This document shows, piece by piece, positions 52,781-60,000 of a DNA stretch of 60,000 nt (position 1 is the first letter of the stretch; each line of letters starts with the position of its first letter). Source of the stretch: Schmidtea polychroa (taxonomy: Eukaryota); assembly GCA_044892525.1 (NCBI GenBank), contig CM097885.1:15068001-15128000 (forward strand). The letters are read 5' to 3'. The position numbers and the translations under genes are program-made. The notes beneath the pieces are model-generated. The model had not been told where the DNA came from. It was given only the letters and a program-made list of their open reading frames with translations, and did no database searches.

Positions 52781-55700
52781 ATACCGCTTACTATACCGCC
52801 TCGAGTATCGCTTCTTATTGTCATGTTATGATTGCGAGATAAACAAAACAATGAATTTATCTTTAATATAAGTATGTATACTAAATATATAATAATATAT
52901 ATTAAATAGTACGTATATGATTGGAGTATGTTGACATCACTCAGAATATGAAAATACATTATTGAATTCTCCATATTATGAAAATCTTGTAACTATTGAT
53001 GATGTAATTATTTATGAAGCTAGATTTTCACTTTGCACAAAAACAACAAAAGAAAGATCTTCATTTGCAACATCTTTTATACCGACTGTTTCTCAAATTA
53101 GGCCTCCGAATTAACGTATTTTTCTTCAGTAAATTAATCTGGGTTGTTAAAATACAAAATTGACAGCGAAGATTTAAAAAGATAAATTGACCTTAATTGT
53201 TGACAATGTGCTCTTCCAAAAAAAAGCAAAATAAAACAAGTTATTTAAGAATCTGAACATCATTATGTATTTTTGTCTTCTTATTCTCCTTTTTTTCAAT
53301 TCGATTGAGAATGTTTTTTCGAAGTGTAACTATAATAAATTATTTTTTCCTGGAAATGTTTATCAATTATCAACTGTCGGAATGAATTATTTCAATTTTG
53401 CCTGCAAACAAGTCTTATTACTTCTTTTATAATTAACCTTTTCTTTTCAAAGTATATTTAATATAAATTTAATGCCAGTTTTGTATTTGCCCCAGATGTC
53501 ACAATCTCATGAATAGCTGAATGTATTTGTTATTGTATATAATCATTAACTGGTGATATTATACATATTAAACCGAATGAATCAGAAAGTATATATAAAT
53601 GGCATAATCTCAAATGAAGGCTTCCTGAAATATATTTGACTAATCGCATTCTAATTGGCCACAAACATTTCATAGACATTTGTTGACAGCAGCATCGAAT
53701 CAATAATTAAAACTTTATTCATTCTAATAATTGCAAAGCTTTCTAAAATCCTGAAGTTTTATTATTATCTATTGCTTCTACAAACTCGGCATAATAAAGT
53801 AAAGTTGTGCGTATTTGACTCTTTTGATGAAATATCTTTTTTTCGAAAATTTTTGCACATAATAATATTTACACTGACTAAATTTCACATCGGTGTTGTA
53901 CTTAATATTTTACAGCAGGTGGCGATTTTCGGAATTTTCTGTTTATTTGTAAATTCTTTAAAAGAATCAAAGAAATCCTAATTCAATTTCGATACAATAA
54001 TAAACACCTGATGTAATAGCAGGTTGTGTGATCTTGATAAACACGTATTACGTCAGTCGGTTTAATCCTACGTGTTACACGCATCAGATTATTTGTTGCT
54101 TATATGATTATGCCATCAACTTAGAATGATCCCAGAGTAAATGACTAAAATAATTTATCTTAAAAGTATATGTAAAATTAAGAGTTTTATTCATTTTAAT
54201 ATTGTTGTCAAATTTACGTATTACTACACAGTCAACCACGAATGTTTTCATAAATGTATAATTAAACATATAATTAAACATATTCCTGATTTTTTAAAAT
54301 TATATTCTAAATTGAGTTGATGAATGTATTTGTTCATTATTAATTATAGCATTAAATATATTACTAATCATCACTTCTTTTTAAATCTTTCAAAGAGTGA
54401 CGTGGTTTCATGAAATTTTTGATTCATACAGTTTATCGTTACATGTGAAAGTGATGGATGGCTTATATACTGACTACTTTAGTTTGGTGTACCTTTCCTT
54501 GCTGGTAATCGTGGCACTCTTATGTGTTCGGTGGTGACTGTTGTAACATAAAACTAAATGGAACAATACATTTATTGAATACTGTATCTTCGTAATAAAG
54601 CGTGTCTAGTATTTTCATCAATATAACTTCCAATATTGATGGCGTACGAGCAATAAGATTATTGATGCTGTTACCATAAGGAATTCCATATAGTAGTGAT
54701 TCAGTGACCTGTTTGACGAGCTGAAGTTTCGAATGTTGCAATATTGGTTTGTTTGGAATGACGTATGTTCGGAGGAAACGGACTTCCAGTAAATTGATAA
54801 AATTCCATTGTTTTGTATACATTTTTTTGAATAAAGGTGGCGATATTCGAAAGAAGATCATTGAATATATATGAATATTAGAACAATATTTTTTTATGTA
54901 ATTAACTTAATAATATATTAAAAATTTAATTATTAAATTAATGTTTATTAATTTGAAAGTCAGAGGCACTACAGTCACGGGTTCGGTGTGTGTGTGCGCG
55001 CGCATCTCAATCTATTGCGCTATTCTTGGCATTAGCTTCCTTAGAATTAGTAATATGCATTTCCCGACTTTTTTGATCCCTTAATCGGAAATTCCCAAAA
55101 CAGTTTATAAATGAAATTGAAGAAAAAGTCTTTGATTCGAAAAATAAAATACAACAAGTGCATTAAATGTAATTTATTCAAAAGTTAAATATAATATTAA
55201 GAAAATTAAAATATAATTATAAATAATTAATTATTCATTTATTAGATATTGTAATATTGTTATAGAAACCGTTAATTTTAATTAACTATTAATTTTATTA
55301 TGATATTATGTTATTAATTGAATAAATGTCACCTAAAAAGTTGTAGATGCCAAAGAATGTTTCCTTTAAAAATTTATGCATTTAAGCTTCTAACACTACA
55401 TATTACAAATTTTCACAGTTTTTACAGAGGGACTCAAATTATTTTTAGTTTTTTTCTTATTGTTCAATTTAAACATGGAAATGATTTTTAATATGTATTT
55501 TTACTCCTAAAACGTATAACTTAATTCTCTACCTAAGAACATCGTAAGCCATAGATCATAGGTGAATGCATATTTTTCTTCATTACATATTATGATCTTT
55601 TTCTCATAATATATTTCGATACTTTCCTTATTTCTTCCTTTTATATTATTTAATATTTTTCTCTATGCAAATATAACTATTGTGTTTTCATCGGCATAAT

Positions 55701-58359
55701 TATTTCGTTGTCTCTAGCTTCTGGGAATAAAAGCTAGTGGATATCGATGATTGGCATGAAGTTCATCTGTAAAGTAGGTAACAAGATCGAAGTGTTGCAA
55801 CTTGAAATGTTTATCTTATTTGTGATGCTCTTTCATTCAGTAAATTCGGATTTAGTAGGATTTACTTGAATAATTTGAACTTGATAGAATTATTGAATTA
55901 GTTTTAGAAGCTAACATTTATTATTTGATATTTAACATGCTATATTTGAAAATGAGTAAAGTGTAATACTAAAACCCTTGCCATATTTCATTAATTAATA
56001 ATTGACGAATAATTGACAGAATCTGGATTGATTGTGATATGTAATTAATCGAAAATTTTATTTTTTGGCCTCCATATAATGTCTTGTTTTTTAGTTAGTA
56101 AAACATAAGCATTGAAGATCATAAGGTAGTACACAAATAAAATTTTATATTTGTGATATATAATAAATTATATGATTATCCAGGGTTATAAAGTTATATA
56201 ATGTATAAATGATTTGGCTTAAGGTATTTAGTTCATTTATTTCCTCTGTCAGCTATACTATTTTGTTACATAATAAACTGCTGTTTTTTTAAAGGTTCTT
56301 ATACGGAGATAACCCCAGGACAACGTCAAAGTCAAAGTTCTTTCACTTAATATAACCATTTATTTTGAGTTTTTTGGTCAAAACATGAATGTGGGCGTAC
56401 AAAAATTCCCAATAAACAGTGCTGTACCGGACAAGGGGACGTGCGGTAAATTGCTAACATTTTGTTGGAAGAAATTCATAGATGTTATGATCTAACAGGA
56501 ACTCAAATCGAATTAATAAGACATTCATTAGAACATATACATATAAATATATAAATATAAAGTACCTGAAGAAAATATAATAAAGTAAGATGTGATATGA
56601 ACATTCGTTTCCTAAATTCGCTTAAGCATGCCGCTCACTAAATGATTTCTGATTGGTTGTAATTTCAAAATGGCTCTTCAATAAAAAATATCAATAATTT
56701 CTAAGAGAAAAACCAATACTAATTATGCAAATTTTTATCGATTTTTACTGGCATTATCTTTTATCAGTAGTCGTATGAAGGCTGGTTGAACGGATCAGCA
56801 ATGGATCAGTGAGTAATATATTGATCACCAGCACTACTGGCACACTGACAGATCATTATTTACAATAATTTGTCAATAGAAAATACGATCATCCGGTCGA
56901 TCATATTAATAATTGCAATCGCTATTGAACAAAAACAATAATCTTTTTTTTTGAAAATTGGTTATGTGCATTAAGGCTACGATCAGTTGATAAAATGAAT
57001 TTTCTCTGCATTGTTTTTATAATAGATTTTTTTCAATATTCTTTTCAATGCTAATATTGAGATTTCTTTACAGATTTCTTTACAGATTTCTTTTTCTATC
57101 TATTTATAAACTATTAGTTTCAGTCGAAATAATGATAAATTTTAATCTAATATGATAGATTTAGTCAAGGACGGTCCTAGTATTTTCAGGGCTGTGTCCT
57201 ATTTTGAGAAAACAAAATGAATAAACAAGCCATCCCACGATTTCATCATTATTCATTTTTTATTCGTTATAAACTATATATTTAATTAATCCTTTCGATA
57301 ATTTTAAAGAATTATTTTAACTAGACCTTTCTCTAGCAAATAATTTTTGTTTTCAGAATTCATATTTGCAGGCCGAATTCCCGAATCATTAAGGATTAAA
57401 GTTGTTTTTGTTTGGATCTTCTTTTTCTTCTACTTGCCTATGAAAATATGTAGTGCATTCATATTGAAATAAATCCTTAGATTATGAAATATCTGTACTC
57501 GTCGAAAGAACAAAATCAGTTTTAAATAAATCTTCTGACTTCTTCTTGTACACTGATCAAAAAAATTTTCTTTTTTAAAAACATTGTCAAGATTTGTCAA
57601 AAATATTTTGTAATTGATCCTTTAATCTAACTAATGTATTCTTCTGTTTATTCTTTTTCTATCTTTTTCAATTTCTGCTCGTTAATTTCTGAAATTTTGG
57701 TTTTACATTTGATCTTTTTTTTAATTCAGTAATTTTCATATTAATATTTGTAAGACTATAGATAAAAACAATATATAAGGTATACGATATGTCAGCACTC
57801 TCTTCATCAAGTTTGTATTTATAGTTATAGTTTGGATTAGTAACAAGACAAGTAGAGATTTTGGTAATGGATGCACATAAATTTATTAATAGGGAAGATA
57901 AACTAACTGTGGACATAAAATAATTAAAAGTGCGCTCACATTTTTATTAACGGTGCACATTGAATTATTGAATTTGTGCTAAAAAAATTTAAAAATGTGC
58001 TCAAAAGTTTTCAAAAGTGTGCTCAAAAAAATCTTTTATCAGCAGGAATTTAATTTTAAGTAAGTGAAAAAACACCTTGAATTTCGATTGTTCCCATTGT
58101 CGATTGACGATTATCAATATATTTTGACCTTATATATTACTATGTGTCACCATTTTTCTGTACGACATCCCTTTCGATATTGAAGAGTCATTCAATTAAA
58201 AATTCTATTAGAAAAGATCATGTGATCAACCCTATATAATGACTGTGCTCATTAGGTGCTTATTAGTATTAGGTATATAAAAAAATGAAAAGCACAATAT
58301 TAACAATTAAACATTTATTAATTTTTTAAAAAGAGGAATACAATAAATATGAAAATAAT

Positions 58360-60000
58360 GAAATGCTGACTTCAAGAAGGCTGTTAAAAATACTTATTTG
58401 ACAGGTTGTTGTACCTTTAACTTTGGAGGCCTACCAAGTTTTGTTGGGGGTAGTTGGGTATTATTCTGAGATGTATTTTTGACACAGTTTTCTTGAATTG
58501 GTTCTGGTTGAACTTCCAAAGCCTTCCTTGCTAATGCTGGCCGACCTCTTTATCGCTTTTCCCCAATCTGAACAGTTTTTGCCAAATTTGGGATTATGAC
58601 AAGTTTAAGTCTAGCTGCAATTCAAATTATATGCTTGCAGATGTAATTTTTTTGATAGGATGGACAGGAACATTTTGCTTCTTTCCAATTTGTTTCACTA
58701 GCATCAGTACGAAACTCAGCACACCACATTGAGAAAAAAATTCTGTGATACTCATCAAAGAACGGGTGAACAATTTGTTGCTACACAGTATTCTTTGATT
58801 TGTATTTCTGTGATCTGTGTTGTTGGTCTTCTGCTTGAATCACCAATTTTCAGCAACATCAAGTGTTGTTTTTAAGAATTCTGACATTTGCATTCTGTTC
58901 CGAAAAGTTGATTCTTTTTTTAGAGTGCTGCTAATGGGCATTATTTGTGAAAAGACTTTCTTCCAAATAGCCTTCATACCATCCTACATGCTTAACAGAC
59001 CATTCACTGGAGAAATTTATGAGAAATTTCATCATATTTATATTCAGATCATTTTTATACTTCTGAAGAAAAACAGTGGTGGCTGATTTGAACTATTTCT
59101 CAGAAATAGCTAGTTGAAGTACATCAATGTCCTTCAGAATGAAATCTTGTAGGGTTTTGTCGCCAAGAATGGACAAATGATTTTCAACTGCTTTCTTCAT
59201 CTGAAACCAGTATGCAGTCATTTCCACTTGAAAAAACTGATTTGAATCCATTTACAATCAATCCAACGGATCCATCATTTGGTAAAATTGGTTGGTAAGT
59301 TGCTTCAAATCCTATTTGCAGGCTTTCAAACATGAATTGAAAATCTTGTCTTTCATTTGTGCACACTGAAATTTCAAATGGATGAAACACTTTATTCATG
59401 TCACTGGTGCCGCCAATAAGGACAATAAATTGTTCCAAATTAGTTTGTAAGTGCTGTCTGCATGAATGAACTTTGCTGTTGATGAGATCTGCATAGTTGT
59501 GACAAAAAATCGGAATGAATCTCTCTATTGGGATGTTGAATTTGTTGGCTGGAAATGTTTGCTGTTCATCATCATTATCTATTTTTAGTTGATAAAGAAT
59601 GAATGGAGAATCTAAGTCTTCTAGAATGGTTACATTTTACTCGAGAAGAGTGACTAACTCACCAAAAATTAGTGATTTTGAATTTGACCCTTTTAAAGCT
59701 TGAAGAAAGTTAAAAAGTTTGGAATTTCAATTTTAGCATGTAAAAGCTTCTCTTTAAACAAATTCTGGCTGATGAGCTTTGGTTTCTTGACTTCAAGTTA
59801 TAACAGCTTTTTGATGGCTTCCTTTGTTACTGGATTAATCTCTCTTTTGGTTTAGTTTTCTAAGATTTCGGTGGTTTCAAAATGGAAAATACCATGATTG
59901 TCACTATTGTATTGAAGTTTCATGACTTCACTACATTGTGATCCTCTTTTCCTGACAAGATTGCAACGGCACAACTCTTTGCGTCCATCTCTAGTGTCAT
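58360..60000 (-). pseudogene. MULE transposase with SWIM finger, decayed, running off the window end
   Basis: HADSTYKL, GTSDMNKVFHPF..SVCTNE, KCSCPSYQKNYICKHI, C-terminal (R)GRP motifs. Confidence 0.82.

Noticed and set aside
54520..54861. 113-aa ORF
   Set aside because: No recognisable domain or splice context

Overview
This is very AT-rich animal genomic DNA. The 43-50 nt introns and a TRAF made only of a coiled coil plus MATH domain suggest a planarian-like invertebrate; that assignment is an inference. Most of the window is transposon debris: a Penelope-like retroelement, several hAT elements, nested Merlin elements, piggyBac, MULE, pogo/Tigger, BEL/Pao, Gypsy and MITEs. Host genes are a predicted TRAF-like gene with a ~27.8 kb transposon-filled intron, two exons of a Rab8/10-like GTPase and a glutaredoxin fragment. 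The first ~10.5 kb is the unusual part. It holds an intact 1264-aa protein-primed DNA polymerase B of Polinton/adintovirus type with an inserted endonuclease VII-like domain, and no integrase or capsid gene is recognisable nearby. The 3' ~2 kb of this gene is duplicated as a near-perfect inverted repeat, across a symmetric promoter-like spacer rich in AP-1, CRE and TCAAGGTCA motifs. Two minimal hammerhead ribozyme motifs on the same strand bracket the whole unit. A decayed, apparently intron-containing paralogue of the polymerase lies at ~17.7-19.5 kb.
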